NCBI GenBank assembly: GCA_021817655.1
Contig: JAKAGE010000001.1
Location: 1 to 36,023, forward strand
Reading direction: 5' to 3'
DNA from: a bacterium
GTDB taxonomy: Bacteria; Patescibacteriota; Minisyncoccia; UBA6257; 2-01-FULL-56-20
DNA: 36,023 nt
Below are positions 10,094 to 19,764 of the stretch, piece after piece; within the stretch, counting starts at the first letter, position 1; each line of letters begins with the position of its first letter. The notes under the pieces are model-generated. The model was not told where the DNA came from. It ran no database searches and saw nothing but the letters and a program-made list of their open reading frames with translations. The translations under genes and the position numbers were made by a program.

Positions 10094-10534
10094 TTATTGT
10101 ACGCTTCCGCCTGCTTTTTGGATCTTTTCCTTTGCGCTCACTGACACCTCGAATCCGGAAACGGCGATCGGGAATGCGATCTCGCCCGCGCCGAGGATCT
10201 TCACGCGTCCTTTATAGTCCTTTTTGATCATCTTTGCCGCACGAAGGAGCGCATACCCCACCGCGAGCGGCGCGCCCGCCGTGGCGTGCGCCTTGAGCTT
10301 TTCGGAAATGACGTTCAGATTGAAAACGACCGGCGCGGGAGCCTTCGGCTTATTGCGGAAGCCGCGCGCCTTCGGGATCTTAAGGATGATATCCCGCTCC
10401 GCCGGGCGTATACGATGGCCGGAACGCGAGCGCTGTCCCTTTACGCCCCGCCCCGAATAGCTGCCGCGCTTGCCGCTGCGGCCGATGCGCTGAAGGCGCT
10501 TCGCGCGGATAGGATTTCTTGAATGGAGTTTCAT
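10094..10534 (-). CDS. rplO: 50S ribosomal protein L15 (alternative TTG start at 10555)
   Basis: RIGRSGKRGSYSGRGVKGQRSRSG, SAKEKIQKAGG. Confidence 0.95.
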   Translation of the reverse strand: MKLHSRNPIRAKRLQRIGRSGKRGSYSGRGVKGQRSRSGHRIRPAERDIILKIPKARGFRNKPKAPAPVVFNLNVISEKLKAHATAGAPLAVGYALLRAAKMIKKDYKGRVKILGAGEIAFPIAVSGFEVSVSAKEKIQKAGGSVQ

Positions 10535-10576
10535 GATGGAATTTGTGTGTTGCAATTTGGAACCCGGCCGGATCGA

Positions 10577-11152
10577 TCAGGCCTTGAGCGTTTTCAGGGC
10601 TTCGATGGTCGCCATGGCGTTCGTCAGCTTGTTCGGCGTGCGGCCGAGGATCTTTGCCGTCGCGTCCTTGATGCCCGCGAACGCGAGCACGAAGCGGACC
10701 GATCCGCCGGCGCGGAGGCCGTGGCCTTTGCTCGCGGGCTTGATCATCACCTTGGCGGCGCTGTACTTGGCGCCGACCTCGTGGGCGATCGTGCGGCCGT
10801 CCTTGAGGCCGACCAGAACGAGATGCTTCTTCGCGTCCGCTTTCGCTTTCGCGACCGCCTGCTGCACATCGAGCCCCTTCGCCACGCCGATGCCGACGCG
10901 GCCCTTTTCATCCCCGATCACGATCGTGACGCGGAACCGGAAGCGCTTGCCGCCTGCGACCACGCGCGTAACGCGGCGATTGTCGAGCACGCGCTCCTTG
11001 AACTCATCGCGCACTACGGGGCGCATTCGATCCGGGCGGCGTCCGTACTGCGGGCCGCGCCCTCCACCCTGCGGGCGGCCGCCTTCCATCCGGCGGTCGG
11101 GCGTCTGCGCCTGGGGCTTGGTATTCATATTTTGGATATTGCTTTCGGCCAT
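10577..11152 (-). CDS. rpsE: 30S ribosomal protein S5
   Basis: RVTRVVAGGKRFRF, GLRAGGSVR. Confidence 0.97.
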   Translation of the reverse strand: MAESNIQNMNTKPQAQTPDRRMEGGRPQGGGRGPQYGRRPDRMRPVVRDEFKERVLDNRRVTRVVAGGKRFRFRVTIVIGDEKGRVGIGVAKGLDVQQAVAKAKADAKKHLVLVGLKDGRTIAHEVGAKYSAAKVMIKPASKGHGLRAGGSVRFVLAFAGIKDATAKILGRTPNKLTNAMATIEALKTLKA

Positions 11153-11156
11153 GCGG

Positions 11157-11531
11157 TTATATCGTAAGTCCTGATTTTTTTGCGCCATCGACGAAGCTCT
11201 TCACGCGGCCATGGAACTTGTACGAACGCCGATCGAAGACCGCCGCCCCGATGCCCTTCTCCTTCGCCTTCTTTCCGAGGAGCTCCCCGATCGCAAACGC
11301 ATTTTCGGACTTGGTCGTTTTCTTTCCGCCCGAAGCGGCCGCGCCCCCGAGCGAAAAGCTCGATGCGGAAACGATCGTGTGCCCCTTTGCGTCGTCGATC
11401 AGCTGTGCGTAGAAATAACGGTTGCTCCGGCGCACCGCAAGGCGCGGCCGCTCCGCGGTTCCGGTGATCTTTGCGCGGGTGCGCGCTGCGCGCCGCGAAC
11501 GCTTTACATTGAGTTTCTTGATTGCCTTCAT
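11157..11531 (-). CDS. rplR: 50S ribosomal protein L18
   Basis: GTAERPRLAV, YAQLIDD, VFDR..YKFHGRVK. Confidence 0.97.
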   Translation of the reverse strand: MKAIKKLNVKRSRRAARTRAKITGTAERPRLAVRRSNRYFYAQLIDDAKGHTIVSASSFSLGGAAASGGKKTTKSENAFAIGELLGKKAKEKGIGAAVFDRRSYKFHGRVKSFVDGAKKSGLTI

Positions 11532-11557
11532 GATGGTGATAATGGCGGATAAGACGA

Positions 11558-12100
11558 TTAGGCGCCGGTCCCCGCTTTCTTGCCGACCTTCCGCCGGATG
11601 ACCTCGCCGCGATAATGGATCCCTTTCCCCTTGTACGGTTCCGGCTTCTTCAGCGCGCGAATGTCCGCCGCCGCCTGGCCCACCGCATTCTTATCGATGC
11701 CCGAAACGGTGATGGCGTTCTTATCGATGGTGATCGTGACGTTCGCGGGAATCGGCCGGCGGACCGGAAGGGCATAGCCGAGGCGCAGCACAAGGTCCTT
11801 ACCTTCCGTCGCGGCGCCGTATCCGACGCCTTCGATCTCGAGCACCTTCGTGAATCCGTTCGTGACCCCTTCGATCGCGTTCGCAAGCAACGCCCACAGC
11901 GTTCCCTGTCCTGCGGTCGTTTTCGGGGCGGTGCCTGCGCCGCCCACCTGCGCCTGCTGCGCATCAATCGTCACTGCGGCGCCTTGCGGAACCTTGATCG
12001 CGAGCTCCCCTTTCGGGCCTTTGACCGTCACAACGCCGCCATGCTCTGCGATGGTAACGCCGGCGGGAATCGTGATGGGTTTTTTGATAAGACGGCTCAT
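11558..12100 (-). CDS. rplF: 50S ribosomal protein L6
   Basis: VKGPKGEL, PEPYKGKGIHY. Confidence 0.98.
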   Translation of the reverse strand: MSRLIKKPITIPAGVTIAEHGGVVTVKGPKGELAIKVPQGAAVTIDAQQAQVGGAGTAPKTTAGQGTLWALLANAIEGVTNGFTKVLEIEGVGYGAATEGKDLVLRLGYALPVRRPIPANVTITIDKNAITVSGIDKNAVGQAAADIRALKKPEPYKGKGIHYRGEVIRRKVGKKAGTGA

Positions 12101-12125
12101 GGTGATAATAGTGGAATGAGAATCG

Positions 12126-12506
12126 CTACCAGACCTCGAAAAGATACTCTCCGCCGACCTTCTGCTTCTTCGCCTCCGCCCCGGTCATGATCCCCTTCGA
12201 GGTGGAAACGATCGAAAGCCCATGGCCCTGCTTGACCGTCGGCAGACTTCGGTAATCGGAATAGAAATGTCGGCTGGGCTTGCTCACGATCCTGAAATCG
12301 CTCATCGCCGCTTCCTTGCCCTTGTAGGCAAGGCGCACCGCGATCACGCTCATGCGTCCCGCGGCTTCCTTCTCCGCGCTCTTCACATAGCCGGCATCGG
12401 CAAGCTTCTTGAGGATGGCAAAGTCCATTTTGGAGTACGGGAAAACGACCCGATCCTTCTGGGCGCGCACCGCATTCTTCATTTCGGAAAGGATGTTGTA
12501 GTACAT
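12126..12506 (-). CDS. rpsH: 30S ribosomal protein S8
   Basis: VSKPSR, IVSTSKGIMT, VGGEYLFEVW. Confidence 0.97.
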   Translation of the reverse strand: MYYNILSEMKNAVRAQKDRVVFPYSKMDFAILKKLADAGYVKSAEKEAAGRMSVIAVRLAYKGKEAAMSDFRIVSKPSRHFYSDYRSLPTVKQGHGLSIVSTSKGIMTGAEAKKQKVGGEYLFEVW

Positions 12507-12510
12507 AGGA

Positions 12511-12696
12511 TTACCAGCTCGCTTTCTTTACGCCCGGGATCTGCTGAGCGGTCGCCATTTCACGGAAGCAGATGCGGCACAGTCCGAAGTCGCGCATATA
12601 GCCGCGCTTGCGTCCGCAGCGGAAACAGCGCCGCACGACACGGGTCGAATACTTGGGGCGCTTTTTGCTGCGCGCGATGACGGATTCTTTTGCCAT
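12511..12696 (-). CDS. rpsN: 30S ribosomal protein S14 (zinc-binding type Z)
   Basis: RCFRCGR...[10 protein letters not shown]...PGVKKASW. Confidence 0.98.
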   Translation of the reverse strand: MAKESVIARSKKRPKYSTRVVRRCFRCGRKRGYMRDFGLCRICFREMATAQQIPGVKKASW

Positions 12697-12700
12697 ATGA

Positions 12701-13252
12701 TTATTTCTTCTTTCTCGCCCTTGCCTTCGCTTTTCCGGCCGGCGCCTCTTTCTTCATCGGAACGCCGAACTCCCGGAACTTCTCGACGGAAACATCGCGA
12801 TCCCGCTTCTTCGGCACCGCGCTCACGCCGAGCGCGAACGAGACCGGCGACTTCTCCGGCGAGATCTCCGGGAACACATAGTGGTCACGGATGCCGACGT
12901 TGAGCGTGCCGCCCTGGTCGATCGCCGAATGCTCGAGCCCGCCGAAGTCCCTCACGCGAGGCAACACTATTGTAATCAAACGCTCGAAAAAATCAACCAT
13001 TTTCTCTCGGCGAAGCGTCACACGAAGGCCGACAATGCCGCCCTCGCGGAGCTTGAATCCGGCGATGGACTCTTTCGCGCGGCGGATCTGGGCCTGCTGC
13101 CCCGTGATCGCGGCAATGTCGCGCATCACCTGCGGGAGGATCTTCTCCTCGAAGCTCGGCTGCTGGGCGAGGCGCCCGACGCCCGCGTCAACAACGACCT
13201 TCTCAAGATAGGCCCGGATCGCTTTTCGGTTGGTGTTCGTCTTTCCGGCCAT
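12701..13252 (-). CDS. rplE: 50S ribosomal protein L5
   Basis: [28 protein letters not shown]; start set at MAGKTN. Confidence 0.96.
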   Translation of the reverse strand: MAGKTNTNRKAIRAYLEKVVVDAGVGRLAQQPSFEEKILPQVMRDIAAITGQQAQIRRAKESIAGFKLREGGIVGLRVTLRREKMVDFFERLITIVLPRVRDFGGLEHSAIDQGGTLNVGIRDHYVFPEISPEKSPVSFALGVSAVPKKRDRDVSVEKFREFGVPMKKEAPAGKAKARARKKK

Positions 13253-13254
13253 GG

Positions 13255-13560
13255 TTAAATGATTGCTTTGCACTTTTTGCAGTAACGGACCTTTCGATCG
13301 CCTTCGATGCGCCCGCCGACGCGGGTCGGCTGCTTGCAATTCGGGCAGATAAGCATCACTTTTGATGCCGCGATCGGACGCGCCACCGCGACGGTCTGGC
13401 CGCTCTCCCCCTGCATGCGGGGCTTTGCGCGCTTCTTGACGAGATTGAGGCCTTCGACCGTCACCCGCTCTTCGCGCGGGAACGCGGCGATGATCGCCCC
13501 CGTCTTTCCGCGGTCTTTGCCTACCATCATTTTTACGTTGTCTCCTTTCTTGAGTTTCAT
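13255..13560 (-). CDS. rplX: 50S ribosomal protein L24
   Basis: KKGDNV..GKDRGKTG, VEGLNLVKK, CxxC...CxxC. Confidence 0.97.
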   Translation of the reverse strand: MKLKKGDNVKMMVGKDRGKTGAIIAAFPREERVTVEGLNLVKKRAKPRMQGESGQTVAVARPIAASKVMLICPNCKQPTRVGGRIEGDRKVRYCKKCKAII

Positions 13561-13574
13561 GGAAAAAATATCGG

Positions 13575-13943
13575 TTAGACGATCTCCTCTGCCATCGTCA
13601 TCAGCTTTTCATACCCTTTCTCCTTAAGCTCCCGCGGCAGCGGACCGAAGATGCGCGTCGCCGTGGGCTCCTTCTTGGCGTCGATGAGCACGACCGCATT
13701 CTCATCGAAGCGAACGTAGGAGCCGTCGCGCCGGCGGATCGCGTTCTTCGTGCGGACCACGAGCACCTTCACGACATCCTTCTTTTTGACCGGCTTGCGC
13801 GGCTCGGCGCTCTGCACCGATGCGACGATGATGTCGCCGACGCCCGCATAGCGGTGCCGCGTGCCGCCGAGGATGCGGAAGCACCGCACCACCTTGGCGC
13901 CGCTGTTGTCCGCTACTTTGATGACTGAACGTTCCTGTATCAT
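13575..13943 (-). CDS. rplN: 50S ribosomal protein L14
   Basis: VADNSGAK, RFDENAVV, RIFGP. Confidence 0.99.
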   Translation of the reverse strand: MIQERSVIKVADNSGAKVVRCFRILGGTRHRYAGVGDIIVASVQSAEPRKPVKKKDVVKVLVVRTKNAIRRRDGSYVRFDENAVVLIDAKKEPTATRIFGPLPRELKEKGYEKLMTMAEEIV

Positions 13944-13953
13944 GGCTCGATGG

Positions 13954-14211
13954 TTATGCGATCTTGTTCACGATCTTCCAGCGCTTTTCCTTCGACATCG
14001 GGCGCGCCTCTTCGATGGTGACCTTATCCCCCGCCTTGTACTCGTTGTTCTCGTCGTGCGCCTTGAACTTGGCCGTCACGCGGTAATACTTCTGGTACTT
14101 CGGATGCTTCTTAAGGCGCTCCACGGCGACCACCCGGGTCTTCGTCATCTTGTCCGACACGACGACCCCGACGATCTTCCTCTTTTTCACTTGTTCTTTG
14201 GTGTTTGCCAT
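13954..14211 (-). CDS. rpsQ: 30S ribosomal protein S17
   Basis: [28 protein letters not shown]. Confidence 0.98.
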   Translation of the reverse strand: MANTKEQVKKRKIVGVVVSDKMTKTRVVAVERLKKHPKYQKYYRVTAKFKAHDENNEYKAGDKVTIEEARPMSKEKRWKIVNKIA

Positions 14212-14219
14212 TGTGATCC

Positions 14220-14438
14220 TTATTTACTGTTCGCCGATGGTGAAGCCGCTGCTTGCGCGATGAATGTCTTCGCGCGCGCGATCCGGCGGCGCGTCTCGTG
14301 CACTTCGTTCACGTTCTTCACCTTGCCCGCGGCGAGGTCGAAACGAAGCCCCCGGAGCTTCTCGCCCGATTCCGCAACGATGCGCTCGAGTTCGCCGAGC
14401 GACTTGTTCTTCAGTTCTTTGATGTCGTTCTTCTTCAT
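14220..14438 (-). CDS. rpmC: 50S ribosomal protein L29
   Basis: [20 protein letters not shown]; synteny. Confidence 0.95.
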   Translation of the reverse strand: MKKNDIKELKNKSLGELERIVAESGEKLRGLRFDLAAGKVKNVNEVHETRRRIARAKTFIAQAAASPSANSK

Positions 14439-14448
14439 GGCGATAAAA

Positions 14449-14859
14449 TTATTTTTCGATGACGCGGGCCTTTACCGGAAGCTTGAACGATGCAAGACGG
14501 AGCGCCTCCTTCGCCCGCACCGCCGTGACGCCATCGATCTCGAAAAGCACGCGTCCGGGCTTCACCGGGAACACATAATGGTCAACAGAGCCTTTGCCGC
14601 CGCCGAGCGTCTTCTCCGGCGCCTGCTGGGTGATCGGCTTATCGGGGAAGATGCGGATCCACAGGCGCCCATCGCGCTTGAGGTAGTTCGTGATCGTCTT
14701 TCGCGCCGCTTCGATCTGGCGGGAGTTCACCCACGCCGACTCGAGCGACTTGAGGCCGAACGAACCGTAGCTCAAATCGAGCCCGCGCGTCTCGACGGCG
14801 CGCGTGCGGGAGCGTCCCTTCTGCCATTTGCGATGTTTTACTTTCTTAGGAAGCAACAT
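14449..14859 (-). CDS. rplP: 50S ribosomal protein L16
   Basis: MLLPKKVKHRK, QIEAAR, WIRIFPDKP, GGGKG. Confidence 0.98.
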   Translation of the reverse strand: MLLPKKVKHRKWQKGRSRTRAVETRGLDLSYGSFGLKSLESAWVNSRQIEAARKTITNYLKRDGRLWIRIFPDKPITQQAPEKTLGGGKGSVDHYVFPVKPGRVLFEIDGVTAVRAKEALRLASFKLPVKARVIEK

Positions 14860-14870
14860 GGTTCGGATGA

Positions 14871-15626
14871 TTAAAATCGGGGCGACGGACGGCGCATCGC
14901 GGGACGCATGCGGCCACCCTCCTCTTCTTTATCCTTCTCGGTCTTTTTGAAAACCTCGCCTTTATAGATCCAGACGCGGACGCCGATCGTGCCGTACGTC
15001 GTGTATGCGGTCGCCGTGCCGTAATCGATGTTCGCGCGAAGCGTCTGCAGCGGAAGCGAACCCTTCGAAAGGTGCTCATTGCGTGCGATCTCGTTGCCGT
15101 CAAGACGGCCTTTGAGCAGGACCTTCGCGCCTTTTACGTCGCGGTTCTGGAGAAGCCCCTCGAGATACTTCTTCATCGTGCGGCGGAAACGGATGCGCTT
15201 CTCGAGGTCCCAGGCGATCTGCTGGGCGGTGTATCTGGCGGAAACATCGGTGCGCTTGAGCTCCTCCACATTGAGGCTGAGCGCGATCTTTGCCGGCGCG
15301 CCTTTCTTGCCGCCGTTCTTCGGCGACGATTCGCGCACGCGGCGGATCGCGTCGACGACCGCCTTCTGAAGATCCTCCATCCCCTTTCCGCCGCGGCCGA
15401 TCACAAGGCCCGGACGCGCCGCGCGGATGAACACCCGGAGATTGCCCTGCGTGCGCTCGATCTCGATGTTCGCAACGCCGGCAAGGCCGATCCTCTTATT
15501 GATCGTCTTGCGGATCGCCTCATCCTCTTCAAGGAACTGCGCATAGCCGCCTTTAAGGAACCAGCGCACCGGCCAGCCCTTCGAAATTCCCAAGCGGTAT
15601 GAATTTGGATTGATCTTCTGTCCCAT
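14871..15626 (-). CDS. rpsC: 30S ribosomal protein S3
   Basis: MGQKINP, ARPGLVIGRGG, GRLDGNEIAR, LQTLRANIDY. Confidence 0.99.
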   Translation of the reverse strand: MGQKINPNSYRLGISKGWPVRWFLKGGYAQFLEEDEAIRKTINKRIGLAGVANIEIERTQGNLRVFIRAARPGLVIGRGGKGMEDLQKAVVDAIRRVRESSPKNGGKKGAPAKIALSLNVEELKRTDVSARYTAQQIAWDLEKRIRFRRTMKKYLEGLLQNRDVKGAKVLLKGRLDGNEIARNEHLSKGSLPLQTLRANIDYGTATAYTTYGTIGVRVWIYKGEVFKKTEKDKEEEGGRMRPAMRRPSPRF

Positions 15627-15636
15627 AATAGTGATG

Positions 15637-16152
15637 CTATTCGCCGATCGCTTTACGGCCGAAACGGCGCTTCCAGAATCCGGGGGCCTGCTTCGACTGC
15701 GGCTCCGCCTTATCGGGCGTCTTCGGCTTCTTGGCCTTCACGCGCGGGGCCTCCCCGGGCGGAAGCTTCGCCTTCTTCGGAGGAACGATCGTGAAGCGGG
15801 GCTTCAAGGATTCGTTCACGCCGAGTATCAGCGTCACGTGGCTCATCTTCTTCTGGATCGGAGACGCGCTCCCGCGCGCGCGCGGCAGGATGCGCTTCAG
15901 CATCGGGCCGCCATCCACATGGATGCCCGACACGAAAAGATGCTGAGGGTCCACGGTCTTGCTATTTTTAGCATTCGCGACCGCGGAACGCAAGAGCTTA
16001 AGGAGCGCTTTCGATGGGCGTCGCGTCTGGACCATGAGCTGCGCTTCCGCTTCGTTCACCGAAAGCCCCTTTACGAGGTTGGCAACGCTGCGCACCTTTC
16101 GGGGCGCCTGGCGAAGATAGCGGAGCGTTGCTTTATACTCGGTGGTTGCCAT
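15637..16152 (-). CDS. rplV: 50S ribosomal protein L22 with a Lys/Pro-rich C-terminal extension
   Basis: APRKVR, SAVANA, PRARG, SHVTLIL. Confidence 0.97.
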   Translation of the reverse strand: MATTEYKATLRYLRQAPRKVRSVANLVKGLSVNEAEAQLMVQTRRPSKALLKLLRSAVANAKNSKTVDPQHLFVSGIHVDGGPMLKRILPRARGSASPIQKKMSHVTLILGVNESLKPRFTIVPPKKAKLPPGEAPRVKAKKPKTPDKAEPQSKQAPGFWKRRFGRKAIGE

Positions 16153-16161
16153 GGTTCGATG

Positions 16162-16485
16162 TTATTTTTTTGCCGGTCCTTTCGCCGCGGGCGCCGGAGC
16201 CGCCGCTTTCATCTCAAGCTCTTTCTGCATCTTTCCCCCGTGGCGGACGAATTTGCGCGTCGGCGAGAACTCGCCCAGGCGATGACCCACCATCTCTTCG
16301 GTGACGCGGACCTCGATATGCGTGCGGCCGTTATGGACGCCGAACACATGCCCCACGAATTCGGGAGCGATCTCCGAGGCGCGCGACCAGGTCTTGATCA
16401 CCGTGCCGGAACCCGGCTTGGCGTTCATTACCTTCTTCATGAGCTTCGGATCGACGAACGGTCCTTTTTTGAGCGAGCGAGACAT
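16162..16485 (-). CDS. rpsS: 30S ribosomal protein S19
   Basis: [25 protein letters not shown]. Confidence 0.99.
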   Translation of the reverse strand: MSRSLKKGPFVDPKLMKKVMNAKPGSGTVIKTWSRASEIAPEFVGHVFGVHNGRTHIEVRVTEEMVGHRLGEFSPTRKFVRHGGKMQKELEMKAAAPAPAAKGPAKK

Positions 16486-16503
16486 AGGAGTGGTGGTGCG
16501 ATA

Positions 16504-17352
16504 TTATTTGTTGTTCCGGTTGCGGACGCCGACGCGGCGCTTCACGATCAGCTTATTCGACCGCTTCTTCTTGTTGCGGGTCTTCCGGCCGCCGGTCACA
16601 TTGCCCCAGACGTCCTTCGGCTTGCGGGTGCCGCGCGGCTGCGCTCCTTCACCGCCGCCGTACGGATGGTCGACCGGGTTCATGGCGCTGCCGCGCACCG
16701 TCGGACGGATGCCCATCCAGCGCGAGCGGCCCGCCTTGCCGAAATTCACGAGCGTCCATTCCGCGTTCGAAACCTGCCCGAGCGACGCAAGGCACGTCCA
16801 AAGAACGCGCCGCACCTCTCCGGACTTCATCTTAAGGTCGGTGTATCCGTCGGCATTCGCGAGCACCTCCGCATACGTTCCCGCCGAACGCGCAAGCACG
16901 CCCCCCTGCCCCGGATTCATTTCGATATTGTAAACCTGATACCCCACTGGAATGTTGCGGAGCTGCATGCGGTTGCCGTTCTTGAGCGGCGCCGTCTCTC
17001 CGGTGACGATCTCATCTCCCGTCTTCATTTTCTCCGCCGCCAAGATATAGGAACGGGTCCCGTCCGCATACTGCACGAGCGCGATGAATGCCGTTCGGTA
17101 CGGATCGTATTCGATCGTCTGGACGGTCGCCTTCTCGTTCATCCGGTTCTGCTTGAAATCAATGATGCGATAGCGCTTCTTGTTCCCGCCGCCCTGATGG
17201 CGCACGGTGATCCGTCCCTGGGCATTGCGGCCAGCATTGGAGCGGAGCGTGACGAGCAGCGGCTTATGCGGACGCACGCCCTTCGTCAAAGTGCGGTAAT
17301 CGGCGGTCGTCATTTGGCGCCGCGAGGCGCTTGTGGGTTTATAGCTCTTCAT
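16504..17352 (-). CDS. rplB: 50S ribosomal protein L2
   Basis: GRITVRHQGGG, IEYDPYR, AMNPVDHPYGGGEG. Confidence 0.99.
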   Translation of the reverse strand: MKSYKPTSASRRQMTTADYRTLTKGVRPHKPLLVTLRSNAGRNAQGRITVRHQGGGNKKRYRIIDFKQNRMNEKATVQTIEYDPYRTAFIALVQYADGTRSYILAAEKMKTGDEIVTGETAPLKNGNRMQLRNIPVGYQVYNIEMNPGQGGVLARSAGTYAEVLANADGYTDLKMKSGEVRRVLWTCLASLGQVSNAEWTLVNFGKAGRSRWMGIRPTVRGSAMNPVDHPYGGGEGAQPRGTRKPKDVWGNVTGGRKTRNKKKRSNKLIVKRRVGVRNRNNK

Positions 17353-17356
17353 AGTG

Positions 17357-17635
17357 CTAGTTCAGATCGATCTTTTGGCCTTCTTTAATGGTGACGATGG
17401 CCTTCCGGTATCCCTCCGTGCGGCCCTTGATACCGCGGCCGGACCGCTTAACCTTCCCGGCGCGATTCAGGATGTTCACCGCGATCGGGTCCACGTTATA
17501 AAGCGCATGGATCGCCTTCTTCACCTCCGGCTTCGTCGCCGAGGATTTTACCATAAAAATATACTGATTGGAAGAGGTCAGCCGCGTCGCTTTCTCCGTG
17601 ATCCACGGTTTCTTGATGAGCATAGGGTCGGTCAT
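17357..17635 (-). CDS. rplW: 50S ribosomal protein L23
   Basis: PWITEKA, ATKPEVKKAI, YRKAIVT. Confidence 0.97.
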   Translation of the reverse strand: MTDPMLIKKPWITEKATRLTSSNQYIFMVKSSATKPEVKKAIHALYNVDPIAVNILNRAGKVKRSGRGIKGRTEGYRKAIVTIKEGQKIDLN

Positions 17636-17654
17636 GGCGATGAATGAAGATCGG

Positions 17655-18299
17655 TTATATCGTATAGTGCTTTTCGATGGTCTCGACCGCGCTCTTTTCG
17701 ATAAAAAGGTTCTTATGGTTCAGGATGTCGTAGATATTGAGGGAATCCGCTCCGATCGCCTGCGTCTTTTGGAGATTGTTCGTCGCCCGGAACAGGTTTT
17801 TGTTGTCATTACCCGAGACGAGGAGCGCATCGAATCGCTTTTCGCCCTTCTTCGGCGCGACGATCGCCGCGAGCGCCGCCGCCGCAAGCTTCGTTTTGGG
17901 CGATTCGATCGCGAGCGTGTCGAACACTTTGAGCTCGCCGTCCTTCGCTTTGCGCGAAAGAACCGCGAAGAGCGCGACGCGCTTCATCTTCTTGTTCACC
18001 TTCTGCGAATAATCACGCTCGTTGCGCGGACCATGCGCCTTGCCGCCGCCCACCCAGATCGGCGAGCGGGTGGATCCGTGCCGCGCCCGGCCGGTCCCCT
18101 TCTGGCGCCACGGCTTCTTGCCGCCGCCGCGCACCTCGCTGCGGTCCTTCACGTGCGCCCACGGCACGCGGGCGTTCGCGCGCTGGGCCTCGAGCACCTG
18201 CGCGACAAGCTTCGCGTTCCACTTCGCGCCGAACACGGCGTCCGGAAGCTCCACGCTTCCCACGACCTCGTTCTTCAAATTGTATACGTCCGTCTTCAT
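17655..18299 (-). CDS. rplD: 50S ribosomal protein L4
   Basis: RSEVRGGGKKPWRQKGTGRARHGS. Confidence 0.99.
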   Translation of the reverse strand: MKTDVYNLKNEVVGSVELPDAVFGAKWNAKLVAQVLEAQRANARVPWAHVKDRSEVRGGGKKPWRQKGTGRARHGSTRSPIWVGGGKAHGPRNERDYSQKVNKKMKRVALFAVLSRKAKDGELKVFDTLAIESPKTKLAAAALAAIVAPKKGEKRFDALLVSGNDNKNLFRATNNLQKTQAIGADSLNIYDILNHKNLFIEKSAVETIEKHYTI

Positions 18300-18307
18300 G
18301 AATTTCG

Positions 18308-18919
18308 TTATTTGGCGCTTGAAATCTCCAAAAGGCTCCCGTTCGCGCCCGGGACCGCTCCGCGGAGGAAGATCAGGTTCTTTTCCTTATCCACGGCCGC
18401 GACGACAAGATTCTTGATCGTGACTCGCTCCGTTCCCATGTGTCCCGCCATACGGCGGCCCGGAACGACGCGCTGGAACGCGGTGGATCCGATGGAGCCG
18501 GGGTGGCGATAGCGGTTCTTCTGGCCGTGCGTCTTGGGGCCGCCATGGAATCCGTGGCGCTTCACGACGCCCTGATAGCCGCGCCCCTTCGTGAGTCCGC
18601 TCACGCGGACCTTGTCCCCCTCTTGGAACGAATCGATGCTGATGGCATCGCCCACCGCGCGGGAGGCGACATCCACCTTCTGGTTCGGACGGTTGCGGAA
18701 TTCCCGCTTCTGCTTGCCGAGCGCCACCTGGACCGCCTCATAGCCATCCCGCTCCGACGTACGCAAAAGCGCCACCGTGTTCGGCTCTGCGTGAATGACC
18801 GTGACAGGGACGACTTTAAGGATCTTCTCGGTGACCACCTTCTTATCCTTCGACACCTTGACCTCGACCTCTTTCCAGATCTGGGTCATCTTCAATTTTT
18901 TGCCTAAAATATATGACAT
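18308..18919 (-). CDS. rplC: 50S ribosomal protein L3
   Basis: DGYEAVQ, KGRGYQGVVKRHGF, HPGSIG, GAVPG. Confidence 0.99.
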   Translation of the reverse strand: MSYILGKKLKMTQIWKEVEVKVSKDKKVVTEKILKVVPVTVIHAEPNTVALLRTSERDGYEAVQVALGKQKREFRNRPNQKVDVASRAVGDAISIDSFQEGDKVRVSGLTKGRGYQGVVKRHGFHGGPKTHGQKNRYRHPGSIGSTAFQRVVPGRRMAGHMGTERVTIKNLVVAAVDKEKNLIFLRGAVPGANGSLLEISSAK

Positions 18920-19143
18920 TTTCTTGATCGTCCGCCTCTTTTATCGAGTCGCGGCTTTGAATCGCGACCGGGCGGAATCCAGTAAAGGTTTAAGGAAAAC
19001 TCCGGTTCGGCGCCGGAGTTTTCACAAACCAACCTCCCTACCCGTCATCGGACGGGCACCAGAGAAAACGGAGTCCGTTTTTCTGCGCCGGGCTGAGCCT
19101 CGGGGAAATGGATGATATGCATAAAACTGCCGAGCAAACCTTG
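18920..19143 (-). promoter_or_regulatory. Long structured 5' leader of the rplC operon (candidate r-protein autoregulatory RNA)
   Basis: Four hairpins (about 19061-19084, 19041-19056, 18994-19023, 18932-18975) between the promoter and the rplC ATG. Confidence 0.5.
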
Positions 19144-19149
19144 TGAAGG

Positions 19150-19177
19150 ATTATAGCAGAACGGATTTCGATGTCAA
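19150..19177 (-). promoter_or_regulatory. Consensus sigma70 promoter for the rplC operon
   Basis: TTGACA-16 bp-TATAAT with TGn extension. Confidence 0.85.
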
Positions 19178-19271
19178 ATAATGCCGACCGCTCCTATGGA
19201 CATCGCACCATGGCGGGAGTATAAGAAAATCAGCAGGACGGAACCGCCGCCCTACGGAAGGAAGGAGGACC

Positions 19272-19697
19272 ATGAGAAGGAGCAGCATGTCTGCCGCCAT
19301 CGCGGCATTCGTGGCGTTCATCACACTCTTCGTTATCGTCGAGACAGGGGCGCAGCAGCCGAATGTCATCCTTGCGCAAAAGCTCACGGTGGCGCCGTTC
19401 GTGATGCCTGCCGACACCAAACTCCCCGGCGACACGGTGTGTACGTATTTTTTCCTCACCCACTACGGCAATCCTGGCGGAACGGCATTCATCGCCTTCA
19501 ATCACATCGGGAAAAACGGCGCCGTAGCCGCCGAAGCGCTGCGCAGAGACAATGTAAAGATCGCAAAGGAAGGCGTCTCGCAGCCGTATGTCATGGTCGT
19601 CCAAACCGATGGTCCCGTGCATTGGACGATCCATATCAGCCAGTCCGATCTTGTCGGTTCGGAAACGAAGTGCCTTGCAGGGATCCCTGCGCAATAA
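19272..19697 (+). CDS. Hypothetical secreted or membrane-anchored protein inserted between rpsJ and rplC
   Basis: AAGGAGG upstream, N-terminal hydrophobic helix, ends at a bidirectional terminator. Confidence 0.7.
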   Translation: MRRSSMSAAIAAFVAFITLFVIVETGAQQPNVILAQKLTVAPFVMPADTKLPGDTVCTYFFLTHYGNPGGTAFIAFNHIGKNGAVAAEALRRDNVKIAKEGVSQPYVMVVQTDGPVHWTIHISQSDLVGSETKCLAGIPAQ

Positions 19698-19720
19698 CGC
19701 CCGCATCGCCGCACCAAAAC

Positions 19721-19755
19721 AAAAGCCGCGCATCTCTGCGCGGCTCTTTTTTTTG
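19721..19755. terminator. Bidirectional intrinsic terminator (rpsJ / inserted ORF)
   Basis: AAAA-GCCGCGCA-TCTC-TGCGCGGC-TCTTTTTTTT. Confidence 0.85.
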
Positions 19756-19764
19756 TTTTTGGCC

